Of a stretch of DNA of 35,716 nt, positions 25,040 to 35,716 are shown piece by piece. The stretch covers positions 48,990,848-49,026,563 of the forward strand of contig NC_057728.1 of assembly GCF_004010195.1 (NCBI RefSeq). Reading direction: 5' to 3'. This stretch comes from Chiloscyllium plagiosum. Taxonomy: Eukaryota. The notes under the pieces are model-generated. The model did not search any database. It was not told the DNA's origin and saw only the letters and a list, made by a program, of their open reading frames with translations. Position 1 is the first letter of the stretch, and each line of letters begins with the position of its first letter. A program made the translations under genes and the position numbers.

Positions 25040-26185
25040 ATAACCAAAGACACTGCAGTCAGGAAGGCTAACAGATTGTTGGCCCTTACGGAACACCTGT
25101 TGAAGTATATGAATAGGGAAGATTTACTGCAACTGTACAAAGTGTTGGTGACACCATATCTGGAGTACTAAGAGCAGTTTTGGTCTCCTTATTTAAGTGA
25201 AGATTCAATTTCATTGGAGACAGTTCAGGAGAAGATTCACTCAGATGAGGGATTGTCTTATGAACTAAACAGGTTGGGATGCTACTCACTGGAGTTTAGA
25301 AGAATGAGAAGTGATTTCACTGAAACACACAGGATTCTTAAGCGGCCTGACCAGGTAAATGCTGAAAGAATGCTGCCCTCATCCGAAAGTCTAGGACCAG
25401 AGGACATTGTCTCAGAATAAAGAGGTGCCAATTTCAGACTGAGATTTCTACAGATGCACCAGTGAAAGCATACTGTCCAAGTGTATAATGGCCTGGTACA
25501 GCAACAGCTCTGCATGAAACTACAGAAGGTGGTGTGCACAGACCACACCATCATGAAAGCCAACTTTCCATCCACAGACTCCATTTCCACGGTTTACTGC
25601 CTCAGAAAGGCTGCCAACATCATCAAAGACACTTTGCATCCTGGTAATGATTTCCTACAACCTCTTTTGTCAGGCATAAAATACAGAAGCTTGAACACAT
25701 GGACCAGCAGGTTCAGGAACAGCTTCTTCCCAGCCATTATTAGACTGACGAATGGATTCTGCACCCTCAAGTAATGCTGCTCTTGCTAATGTTGATCTCA
25801 GCTAGTATACGCCCTGTACAATGTAACCTGCATGCCTCTAAGTCTTTTTGATTTGTACATTCTTGCTTACTACGATCTGCCTGTACTGCTTGTAAACAAA
25901 ACTTTTCACTGCACTTTGATACACATGACAATAAATCAATCAAGATTAAGAGGAATTTCCTCTCCCAGAGGGTTGCAAGTCTTTGGAACTTCTTGTCACA
26001 AAGAGCTGTGCAGCAGAGATCTTGTGTATATAAGACTGAGATACATTCTTGATCATCAGGGAATCAAGGGTTACAGGGAAAGGGCAGTAAGGACATGAGG
26101 AATGCTGAATCAACCATTATCCTATTAAATGGCAGAGCCGGCTCGATGGGCTGAACGGCCTACTCCTTTTCATAATTTTTAAGGT
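25040..26185 (+). mobile_element. CR1 LINE 3' fragment split by a Rex-Babar insertion
   Basis: ORF 25214..25420 LNRLGCYSLEFRRMRSDFTETHRIL. CR1 sequence stops at ~25446 and resumes at ~25943 (aggaatttcctctcccagagggttg) through a CR1 tail. Confidence 0.88.
25447..25942 (+). mobile_element. Rex1/Babar-clade LINE 3' fragment
   Basis: ORF 25481..25774 NIIKDTLHPGNDFLQPLLSGIKYRSLNTWTSRFRNSFFPAIIRL is the typical Rex-Babar C-terminus; ends in aataaatcaatca. Confidence 0.88.
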
Positions 26186-26225
26186 CTTAGCAGGACTTTA
26201 TTGGGTACGAAGTGTTTTAGCCAAA

Positions 26226-26776
26226 GTACAGAGGGATCTGGGAGTGTTAGTTGAGGATTCTCTAAAGGTAAACATGCAGGTTGAGTCCGTGATTAAGAAA
26301 GCGAATGCAATGTTGTCAATTATCTCAAGAGGGTTGGAATATAAAAGCACTGTTGTGCTACTGAGACTTCATAAAGCTCTGATTAGGCCCCATTTGGAGT
26401 ACTGTGTCCAATTTTGGTCCCCACACCTCAGGAAGGACATGCTAGGAAATTGTTTCCGTTAGGCGAGGAGACTAGGACCCGTGGACACAGCCTTAGAATT
26501 AAAGGGGGTAAATTCAGAACAGAAATGCGGAGACATTTCTTCAGCCAGAGAGTGGTGGGCCTGTGGAATTCATTGCCACAGAGTGCAGTGGAGGCTGGGA
26601 CGCTAAATGTCTTCAAGGCAGAAATTGATAAATTCTTGATGTCACAAGGAATTAAGGGCTACGGGGAGAATGTGGGTAAATGGAGTTGAAATGCCCATCA
26701 GCCATGATTGAATGGCGGAGTGGACTCGATGGGCCGAATGGCCTTACTTCCGCTCCTATGTCTTATGGTCTTATGG
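26226..26776 (+). mobile_element. Young CR1 LINE 3' fragment with an internal deletion near 26445
   Basis: ORFs 26244..26462 (LIRPHLEYCVQFWSPHLRKD) and 26414..26689 (TRGHSLRIKGGKFRTEMRRHFFSQRVVGLWNSLP); tail tcttatggtcttatgg. Confidence 0.95.
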
Positions 26777-28244
26777 ATGTGTACCATAACAAACCAAAAT
26801 CTTTTTCTTTCTGCTTATATATGCTTTACCTTATGCATTTATTGATTAGCTTATGGAGTCCACAATGCACAGCCTAATGTTCTGCATGATATACCAGGTT
26901 GAGGCTTGATATCTTGTGATGCATTTTGGATCCTGGTGTCTAACAATATTGGACAGAGCAGTTTGTTAGGTCTTCCAGGACTAATTTGTAAGTGAATTGT
27001 CTAGAAACTCTGAATTGTATTTTCTGTCTGACTCTGCTTTTGTTCAATAAATAAATATTATCACAGTTCCATTGACAAAGATGCCCCTCCCACATCCCCA
27101 TGTCTACATTTTTGGAATACTTGAAGAAAAAACAACATTTACTTTCAATGAAAAAAATCTCAGCAAAATTTGCATTTCAGAATGAAAGACAGAGAGAGCA
27201 CAGTAGGGCAGGATTTGTCAACTACATCCTCAACCTTTCTGCCAGTCTTAACATTGACAATAATCACACCAGAAAACGTAACTCTCATGACGGACGAGTC
27301 TCTCAGCGTTTCCTTTGATGAAAACATACTAGTATTATCAGGTTATTATACCACTGTATAACACACCACTCAATAGGAAATCATTTGTGACCGGTTCAAC
27401 CTCTGAACATGTACTAATAAATATTTTACTTTAAATATATACAATTGATGATCCACCACTGGTGTATAATTCTGCTCTGAAAAGGCACAAATACTTGCTC
27501 GTGGATCCATACACACTGACTGATTTGCCTTTTCATTGAAGTCATATACAAAACAATCTTTCCCAGAAGGAAAAAAGTCATTTAACAGGCAGGACTACAA
27601 CCTGAAATACATAGAGTCTCAGTGCCCTTGCATTCTTGTTTCGAATATGTTGCATGAAGCACTTTAGGATGCCTTCCTAAGTGAAGGGCATTAACATGCA
27701 GGTTGTTAAGGCTGAAATTGTTCAGACGATTGAGTCAGTTTACTCATTATACATCCTGGCTTTAACAGAACACAGTCCTAGTAGAAAAATCAAAGTGTTG
27801 CGAAGAATGAATCTCCCTGTCCTATAGAAATGGTTGTTTTTGTCTTTTTGACAAGCACAATGCTATGGTTGATTAAGAGGTTGTAGACATAATGAAACCA
27901 ATAACTTTTCCCAGGGAGTTCTTACAGATATTCTAAATGACTAGAAAACTTTTCTCCCCAAGTTTTTTGACAACATGACATTGAAAGTATAATGGCAGTT
28001 TAGCCAGTAAGATAGTGTATATGCTGTATTTGGAGGATAGGAACACGGTGCCATGCGAAACGCAAGTAATATTCAGCCGTGAAAAAGCCAAGGTACATTT
28101 TTCCAAGAGTACAAGATGTAATTGCTCATAGGTAAATACTGGATTCTTAGTGGTCAACTTAGAGACTGTTATGTAAACACTGGGTGAATTCACACACGTC
28201 AATTAAGAGATTGCAGACAGACTGACTTGCTTTGTATTCCTGGA

Positions 28245-28333
28245 GAGTTTCTTTGAAGAGAGTAGGATAAAAGGTCGGCACCACATCGAGGGTGGAAGGG
28301 CCTGTACTGTGCTGTACTGGTCTATGTTCTATA
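28245..28333 (+). mobile_element. CR1 extreme 3' end
   Basis: ggtcggcaccacatcgagggtggaagggcctgtactgtgctgtactggtctatgttctat, a CR1-type terminal hairpin and tail. Confidence 0.7.
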
Positions 28334-29419
28334 TGATAAAGAAAGTCAGGTGCACACTTTAAGCGCAACAGGAAGGAAGGTACAATTTTTATAAATGGGA
28401 CCATTGCCAAGCAAAAGGCAGTGCTTGAGCAAACTAGAGAAAAATTGGCAAAATGTTAAGTTCTGCTTCACCAAATAAAATGATGAGTATTTTAATATGG
28501 ATATGTCAGATAGTTTAACAAAACGCACCTGACATTTTGTTTACATTTGCTGTTGATGCATCAAATAAGTTTCTTAAAATAGGTCCCAACGGAATCTCCT
28601 AAATATATACATAATACAATCATTAGCAGTCTTATCCAACCACAAACTCCAATTGTCTGTGACTGAGATTCAAAATCAATGACCTGTTCAGAGGACTTAC
28701 TCCATTCTGAATTATACAATCTTTCAGCCCAATAGATAGCTATTCAGCCCATCACAGATTGAAAGAGCTATTCAATTACCTGTAGTTCCTCACTACTTCC
28801 CAATGGCCACAAAGTTGGTTTCATAAGCTATGCAAGTGGTTATTGCACACTCCCTCCTTCACCAACTTTCTCAAGATGACAGCTTCTGTAAACATCCCAG
28901 TTGAAAATTATTGGCACAATTTGACCAAAATACCCCAAAGTGTTGCATCTATCTTCTGGTACGTACTTTCTAAGGGACCAGTAAGACACTTTTATTCCCA
29001 AATCAGCCATTCGCGCAAAACAACCAATTTGTCAAACTGTGAGGAATCTTATGGACAAGGCAGATAGGAAACCAGGTCCCAGAAGTGAAACCTCAATATT
29101 TTAACTCCTTTAGAGGAATGAAATAATTTCATATTAATAAACACTCATAGACAACTAGCAAGTGACAATTCAATCTTTTAAAAATTAAAAATGAATTTCT
29201 ATGTTGGGAGACTTAGTGCTGGGGGACTTAGCTTATAAAATGACAAACTTTTGTTACAGTTATACAGTATCAAAATCGTTCCTCCGACCTCCATTTGAAA
29301 AATGATCACTGAATTTACCCTTCCCCTAAAGGCTGCACAAAACTTACACTTGTTAATCAAAAACATGGTGTTTCCATTTGTTTCATCTTAAACATCTCAC
29401 CCAACTCTCACAGAGCAGG

Positions 29420-29620
29420 CAGCAGAGGTGTTGTGGTAATGTTACTGATCTGGTAATTCATAGTCCTCATCTAATACCCAGAGGACATGGGTTCAAATCG
29501 ATACCGAGTTGGTCCACGTGACTCCAGGCCCACAGTAATAGAGTTGACTCAACTGAAGTCTGGCTTGCAAGGCTGTTTCATTCAGTTCAGCCAGTGATGC
29601 TCACATTCTAGGAATTAATA
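29420..29620 (+). mobile_element. Decayed tRNA-derived SINE with LINE-derived tail
   Basis: gtggtaatgttactg (A-box-like), gggttcaaatc (B-box), then gtgactccaggcccacag...gccagtgatgctcacat. Confidence 0.55.
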
Positions 29621-30164
29621 CATTTTTATAAACACACTCTCAGCAGGATACCACTCCACATCCACTAGTATTTTGCTGTATTTCCAGGGCAGACCAGCAA
29701 TCCAAATTACTTAGCATGCATTTTGCTTCATGTAATACTGAATGGTGATCAGTAATAGGAAATTTGGTGGGTAGTTGACATCCAAAGTTGAAAGGCACTG
29801 ATGCCAATTGCAGCACACCAGCTGAGATTAGCTAAAGTGGTTGGGGTACAGGAACTGAGGGAACTTGGCTATATGCACACAAATTATTGAAAGCGGTATG
29901 ATCCAGATTTAATTTTTGAACAGAACAGAACAGAATAGGACACAGCGTGGAATGGCTCTTATTCCTCAATGACTTCCTTTTGCAAGACCCTTGGGAGAAT
30001 TCCACTGTTAACTGATTAGCACAGCTGAATCTTGTATTTCCACCCATGAAAGAAAATGAATTCATGGTTAAAATTTTCATCTTAATACAGAACTGCAAAT
30101 GGTACAGGACTAATGTAACATGTGAATACGCCCTTCATTTTTCTGTTTCACAGGAATGGAATTA

Positions 30165-30247
30165 TGTGCTCAGATTACTAGAATGGGTTTGACCCCACAA
30201 TCCTCTCACTCAGAGACAAATGTATTACAAGCATACCATAGCTGACC
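30165..30247 (-). mobile_element. tRNA-like head of an ancient SINE
   Basis: tttgaccccacaatcctctcactcagagacaaatgtattac is reverse-complement similar to the head at ~24825-24865. Confidence 0.45.
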
Positions 30248-30400
30248 AAGTTGGAAAACCAATTCTTGGGCACTTTAAAAGATGACTTTAAAATCATTTT
30301 TCTATATCCACATAAATTAAATATCTTCAAATTCCTTCTGGCAAAAATTATATCAGATAGAATGTTAATTCTAACAAAGTGTGCATAGCATTTGTCTTAC

Positions 30401-30409
30401 CTTTAGGAA
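30401..30409 (-). CDS. Candidate 9-nt microexon (TTCCTAAAG) of the host gene
   Basis: Minus strand: ctttctgctgcttatattaaattattaataactgatgccatttttacag|TTCCTAAAG|gtaagac. It has a consensus acceptor, a near-perfect donor, a branch-point-like taactgat, a TGC just upstream and a frame-preserving length. Confidence 0.7.
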
Positions 30410-30762
30410 CTGTAAAAATGGCATCAGTTATTAATAATTTAATATAAGCAGCAGAAAGTGCACGGACAGTTTCGATTACCACTAAGAATCATTAGAAGAA
30501 AATGATTAAATGTTTAAAGCCCCAAGAGTAATGACAAGCTACACTTTAAATACATACCAACAGATGGCTTACAAAACCAAACTTTCACTCAATTCATTCT
30601 TTGAATTCCTTAATTCGATTACAGCTTTTGTAATCATTCCTCTACATCTGCTAGTCTATATATAACAGATCTTATCATGAAACAAGGCCTGTAATATTGT
30701 GATAGGCGTAATGCCAAGGGATAGGACAGAATTTTGAAACACAAAAGTACAGTGTCAACAAT

Positions 30763-30887
30763 AAGGTAAAAACAATGACTGCAGATGCTGGAAACCAGAT
30801 TCTGGATTAGTGGTGCTGGAAGAGCACAGCAGTTCAGGCAGCATCCGAGGAGCAGTAAAATCGACGTTTCAGGCAAAAGCCCTTCAT
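30763..30887 (-). mobile_element. Penelope-associated terminal repeat with a truncated minimal hammerhead motif
   Basis: Minus strand starts ATGA-A-GGGC-TTTT-GCCT-GAAA-CG-TC-GA; the leading CTG of the core is missing because the element is truncated there. Body matches 11041-11102. Confidence 0.78.
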
Positions 30888-30994
30888 AACACAGGCATTT
30901 GCATTTTTGTTTCCTCATCATGGTAAATTCCCAATCTTAATGCTGGCAGTATGACAAGGAAAAAGGAAAGAACGACCATCTGCATAGAATTGGG

Positions 30995-31016
30995 GTGTGT
31001 GTGTGTGTGTGTGTGT
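30995..31016. repeat. (GT)11 microsatellite
   Basis: Perfect GT dinucleotide run. Confidence 0.97.
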
Positions 31017-31472
31017 CAGAGACCAGGGACACTCACACTTAGCTAGACTTAAACTGGGATGCTATTGGAGCTAAAGACTAATAAGTCTCTTGGAGCTAAT
31101 GGAATACATCCTAGGATATTAAAAGAAGCAACTATAGATTGTGGATGCACTCGTAGCAATATTTCAAGAATCCTTAGATATCAGAAATGTCCCAGAGGAT
31201 TGGAAACTACCAATGTAACACCTTTATTGTGAAAAGGGAAGGAAACAAAATTAAAGGCAAATATAAACCAGTTAGCTGAATGTCTGTTTTTGGGAAAATG
31301 TTGCAGTCTGTTTTCCAAGACATACAAGATTCTTTGGAAACGTGACAGGATAATTGCAGAAAGGTATTCCTTGTCAGCGAGTCATGATGTGGGGGTGCTG
31401 GTGTTGGACTGGGGTGGAAAAAGTTAAAAATGGCATGACACCAGGTTATCGTCCGACAGGTTTATTTGGAAG

Positions 31473-31507
31473 TACAAGCTTTCGGAGCGTCACTGTTTTG
31501 TCAGGTA
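31473..31507 (-). ncRNA. Decayed minimal hammerhead motif (left arm)
   Basis: TAC-CTGACaA-aacagtgac-GCTCC-GAAA-GC-TT-GTA: stem I, GAAA and stem III intact; G8>A and a damaged stem II 5' strand. Confidence 0.6.
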
Positions 31508-32122
31508 GCTAGTGGAGTAGGATCATAGCACTCAGAATTTAAAGCAAAAGATCATAGTGTCATACAACTGATACGGTATATCAAACAAACCTAGATTACT
31601 GTTAAGTCTTTCATCTTTTAGAATGGGTTGCAGGTTTTGATTCATTAAAAGTAAATCCCAGAACTTCTTTCAAGTCATATTCCCAAGATAACTTAAGGTT
31701 TTATTAAAAAAAAGGTGACATCTCAGCTTAGACAATGTATTGCTGAATCGTATTTGTAGATACATCCCATTTTGTTCAAAACGCACACAATCTGTAGGCA
31801 GTCAATATCCTTTATAATCCATGTGACATTTTATAAATTCCTATTTTGGAAACAGAACCAGTCAGACTCAAGTTTGGAATACATACACACTCTAACCTCA
31901 CCTTAATGTATTGTCTGAGCTGAGATGTCACCTTTTTATATAAAACCTTAAGTTATCCCAGAAATGTAACTCTGGGATTTACATATTAATGAATTAAAAC
32001 CTGCAACCCATCCTAAAAGATGAAGGACTTAACAGCAATCTAGGTTGTTCATTATATTGCATCAGTGTATGACACTATGATCTTTTGCTATAAATTGTGT
32101 CCTATGTTCCTACTCCATTAGC

Positions 32123-32157
32123 TACTTGATGAAGGAACAACGCTCCAAAAGCTTGTA
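32123..32157 (+). ncRNA. Decayed minimal hammerhead motif (right arm)
   Basis: TAC-tTGATGA-A-GGAaC-AAC-GCTCC-aAAA-GC-TT-GTA: C3>T and G12>A, otherwise colinear with 24450-24484. Confidence 0.62.
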
Positions 32158-32534
32158 CTCCCAAATAAACCTGTTGGACTATAATCTGGTATTGTGTGAT
32201 TTTTAACTTTGTCAAGAGAGTCTAGAATAAGAAGGTTTAATCTCAGAATAAGAGTTTACCAATTTAAGACAGATATGCAGGGAAATCTCTTCACTCAGAC
32301 AGTAGTAAATCTATAGAATTCATTACCGCAGACGTTTGTGTCATTCAGTATATTCAAGATTGAAATATGCTTTTAACCAGTAAGGGAATCAAGGTTTTGA
32401 ATAATAGGCAGGAAAGTGGATTTGAACATTATCAGATCAGCCATGATCTCATTGGATGGTGGAGCAAATTCAATGTGTTGAATGCCTCACTTCTTATAAT
32501 TTTATTATGGTGATCTCCAGCATGAATTCACATA

Positions 32535-32720
32535 TAAGGAATTCACCTAAGTTAAAAAGCCTTTGCCATCTACAACCACTTCACCCTCCTTTAAGATGTG
32601 CCTTTAAACCAACCGCTTTGATTCAAGCTTGCTCAGCTGCGCTAAAGTTTTAAAACAATTGTGTGACCAGCCTTGAGACATCTTATGATGCTAAAAAGTA
32701 CCAATAATTCAAAGTTATTG
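32535..32720 (+). mobile_element. L2-like LINE 3' end, decayed (second similar piece at ~32812-32910)
   Basis: ctcctttaagatgtgcctttaaaccaaccgctttgattcaagct...gtgaccagccttgagacat resembles L2 3' tails; ctaagatgctccataaaatctatcacttcgaccaagt at ~32861 is homologous. Confidence 0.55.
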
Positions 32721-33367
32721 TCAAAGTTGTTGGATAGAATTCATGAAGGGAAAATACACACTTATAACAAACAAAAAAAATTGGTCACTTATAAATGCAG
32801 CAAATTATTTATCTAGAATCCTTCCCTGAACCTCTCTATCTCATGATCTTTCTCTTTATTCTAAGATGCTCCATAAAATCTATCACTTCGACCAAGTCTA
32901 TTGGTTACAACTGTCTCAGTTTTGTTTCAGCCATCTTGCTACATTATAGATGCAAAAGTAAGCATCCCCAAGCGAGGTACACCAACTCAATTCCATGTCT
33001 TGCAAAAGGGTTCAAACATTAGAACATTTAGCTGATCTGTGGAAACAGTTCCCATGTAAATGCAACCCATCAGAAGGTTGGTGTTTTTTCAAGAAGTGGT
33101 GACAATTGATAAGGATCAAGAAAAAAATTAAACATTGCTGGTCTAAATGGGCAATGGTTTACGTTTTTATCAACTCTATTACCTTGATCATTGGCATTAC
33201 ATGTGGGTATGTTATACCATCTCATGGAAGATGCTGGCAAATAATAATCATATTCCGAACTGTACTGAAATCTAAATTCTCTGACACATGACAAAACACA
33301 GGTATCTCATGCAGTTTTAGGCAAGCTACATTCAACTATGTGCAAAGTTGTAGCAAACATGTCAGAC

Positions 33368-33478
33368 AAAAAGTCAGAAACTCTGTTTTCCTCTCCACAG
33401 ATTCTGTCACATCTGCTGAGTTTCTCTAGCATTCTGTGTTTGCTTCAGATTTCCAACATACATTCTGTTTGCATTTAT
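33368..33478 (+). mobile_element. Decayed Penelope-associated terminal repeat, related to 30763-30887 in opposite orientation
   Basis: ctccacagattctgtcacatctgctgagtttctctagcatt...cagatttccaacat parallels the reverse complement of the 30.8-kb copy (ggatgctgcctgaactgctgtgctcttccagcac...ggtttccagcat). Confidence 0.6.
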
Positions 33479-35716
33479 TGTGTGCAAAGTAGTAATACAT
33501 ATGAAAATGCTACTGGAGAATGAAACTTGGTAAAGGCCAAATGGCAAGTATTTTGATTGTATCTTTCTGAAAATTACACATTCACTATCACTTGGTCTAT
33601 ACAGTTTGCAATACGAGCGTCAACATGTGCCAAGCAGAGCTCAGCCAGTCTGACAAGGCATTTTACATGCATTTCAGCCAAAATAAACAGTTGCAAAAAT
33701 CAGCTGGCTGGAGGCTAGGGCCTATCCACATATAGATACTCTAAGAGAAGATACTCTAATCAGTCTCAAAACATCAAAAGAACTACTATCATACAATACA
33801 AAATATGAAACATAACTGAATCAGGTACAGTCACAGGTCTCAGAGAAGCAAAACAGACAGCCAATCTTATCTAGTACAATTTTCCACGCACTAAAAAGCC
33901 TCAAAACTTGAAATGCTGAATGCAATTCATTTTTAGATGGCTTCCAAATCTCAGAGATAAAGTCCAAATTACAAGTCCAGTATATGTTCTATGTTCTATG
34001 TTTTGTAGTCTTCAAAAAATGACATAATAAAAGTCAGTGAAATCTGAGAAACAAAGTATGTATAAGTGCCATCTAATTCAGCAGATCCGACCTTCAAATA
34101 TCATGAAGAAATAGGTTTTCTAAAAAGTATCAGTCTTGGATAAATCAGATTACATATATAAAATTCAAGTAATCCTCCAAGCCAAGGAGCAACAGTTCAA
34201 AACAACTCAGTTCATTAAACTTGTATCTGGTAACATACATGTATTAAACACAGGAGTGTTTAATCATATCTGTATTTATTACAGTCATTCTTCTAAGATG
34301 CACAGTTATTGCTGACAGTTACTGTGATGCAAATTCAAATTTCTGCCAACATTATACAACTTAGGTGAAGAAAGTTATCCGATCAAAGTAATATTTCCAA
34401 CTAAGCTATAACTTCTGATTTATCTTTAGCACAACAAATATAACCAAACACTGAATATTTGCCAATAGCATAATTTAGACTTTCTCTTGCTGCTAAACTG
34501 CTTTTGTCCTTGTCCATCTCCAGTTAAATCTTCCTTCTTAACATACAATTTGTGAAAATCAGCATTCTTGCCAAAACGATAATCCTCAACTAATCTATGC
34601 ATCTTTGAAGAAAGGTATAATTTCCCACACAAAATCAAAACCCAGAACTGACAAATGACTCACTTAAATGAAATACATTCCTTGGACTCCAGGTTAGTCT
34701 CAAAGTAAAGACCCAGCCCTCTCACTTTGAAGCTGACAGTTCTGATGAGAATTCTGCCTATTTATTCCTGCCTGCTACACCATGCCAATAACAATTCACT
34801 CTTATTTATCCTTATAATGGTGGTTTCAGAGTGTCTCCTTATCCGTTTATAAATGCAAAGTACACTTGGGCCCAGTTTTTTTCATTGACTCTGTCAACAC
34901 TTGGCAATGACCTCCAACATAACTATGGAAGCTCCATCTCACAACCACTAATGTGGTATTCACAAATAAGTAGTCAAGTAATAAATCATGTGTTACATAT
35001 TTGACTGAATACAGTGAGCTCAGAAATGAAAACTCCGAGACTATATTATAGAACCTTGAGGTTAGGATAAGACTGATGGTGGGAAAAAAAAGATGTAATT
35101 TTGGTAACCCCCCAACTCCCTACAGCATAACGACTTCCCAATGTGCTGATGGTATAGTGTGTGGGGTGCAGTGACTGGGACTCAAAAAGTGAGTAGAGTG
35201 TGGGAATACTCAGGCTCAGAAATATAGGAGGGAGGAAACTGAGACAGCAGGGGAATAGGGCCCAAGACACAGGTGGGAGGGGTGGGAATAGGGGCCACGG
35301 GTCAGGCGATGGAGACAAGGACGGAGGCTCCGATGGTGGGCACGGAGGTTCACGTGGGACCTGTGTTGAGATGATTCAACAGATATTATCGGTTCTTAAA
35401 ATTTGCAAAATTTGCAAATATCATTAACCTTGAAATTGATGACAACTGGTTTGCTCTCACCAGTCACATTTCATTCAATTGAATGATTTAACTTTCCAAG
35501 TTGGACAGTCATTGCAGATTCTTTCAGAAACAATGACATCTTTGCAAAAACAAAGTCAGTCATCATTCTGCTTATCATCATTGGGCATAATTTTATAATT
35601 CTGCCCTGCAGCTGCACTTCTATCATGGGGGCTGGTTCATATCAAAGGGTGGGGAAGATTCAGCTTCACATCAGGGGGTAGGGGAGACTGAGGTTGACAT
35701 TGAGGGAGTGGGGGAG

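Larger units (their letters stand above)
31384..32214 (-). mobile_element. Long palindromic non-coding Penelope-like element: 33-bp tail, arm ~31417-31741, spacer, inverted arm ~31905-32213; probable 8-bp TSD
   Basis: Arms are reverse complements over >300 bp (e.g. agcaaaagatcatagtgtcataca / tgtatgacactatgatcttttgct; aaggtgacatctcagct / agctgagatgtcacctt). Flanked by AGCGAGTC (31376-31383) and AGAGAGTC (32215-32222). Confidence 0.9.
31055..32505 (+). mobile_element. Decayed, internally deleted CR1 LINE hosting the Penelope-like insertion
   Basis: 31060-31260 reads LKTNKSLGANGIHPRILKE...PEDWK (CR1 KSPGPDGIHPR.LKE motif). It jumps to 3' sequence at ~31320 and resumes after the insertion at 32215 through a CR1 tail. 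Confidence 0.85.

Noticed and set aside
27181..27277. + strand AG...GT segment with open frame NERQREHSRAGFVNYILNL
   Set aside because: Weak donor (AAC|gtaact), purine-rich acceptor region, unrecognised peptide, and opposite strand to the better exon candidates.
28345..28534. 9-bp inverted pair gtcaggtgc / gcacctgac
   Set aside because: Too short, no target-site duplication and no second copy; cannot support a MITE.
34426..34638. 70-aa minus-strand ORF with protein-like composition
   Set aside because: No recognisable motif and no convincing donor site; consistent with chance.
35200..35427. Gly/Arg-rich ORF
   Set aside because: Composition is explained by G-rich low-complexity DNA.

Overview
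AT-rich, repeat-dense vertebrate DNA, most likely a long intron of a cartilaginous fish (shark): it carries HE1-type SINEs and elasmobranch-type CR1 LINEs. No intact multi-exon or single-exon protein-coding gene is visible. The supplied ORFs are either fragments of decayed retroelement genes (CR1/Rex-Babar RT, Gypsy gag/integrase/RT/RNase H) or chance ORFs. Main contents: about 10 CR1 fragments; SINEs; a decayed LTR retrotransposon with the Gmr1-type domain order gag-PR-IN-RT; several non-coding Penelope-like remnants, two of them long palindromes carrying minimal hammerhead-ribozyme motifs with a compensatory stem I change; a ~210-bp-arm fold-back duplication; and two candidate minus-strand host exons, one a 9-nt microexon with strong splice signals. 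All family assignments were made by eye from recalled motifs, not from database searches, and repeat boundaries are approximate.
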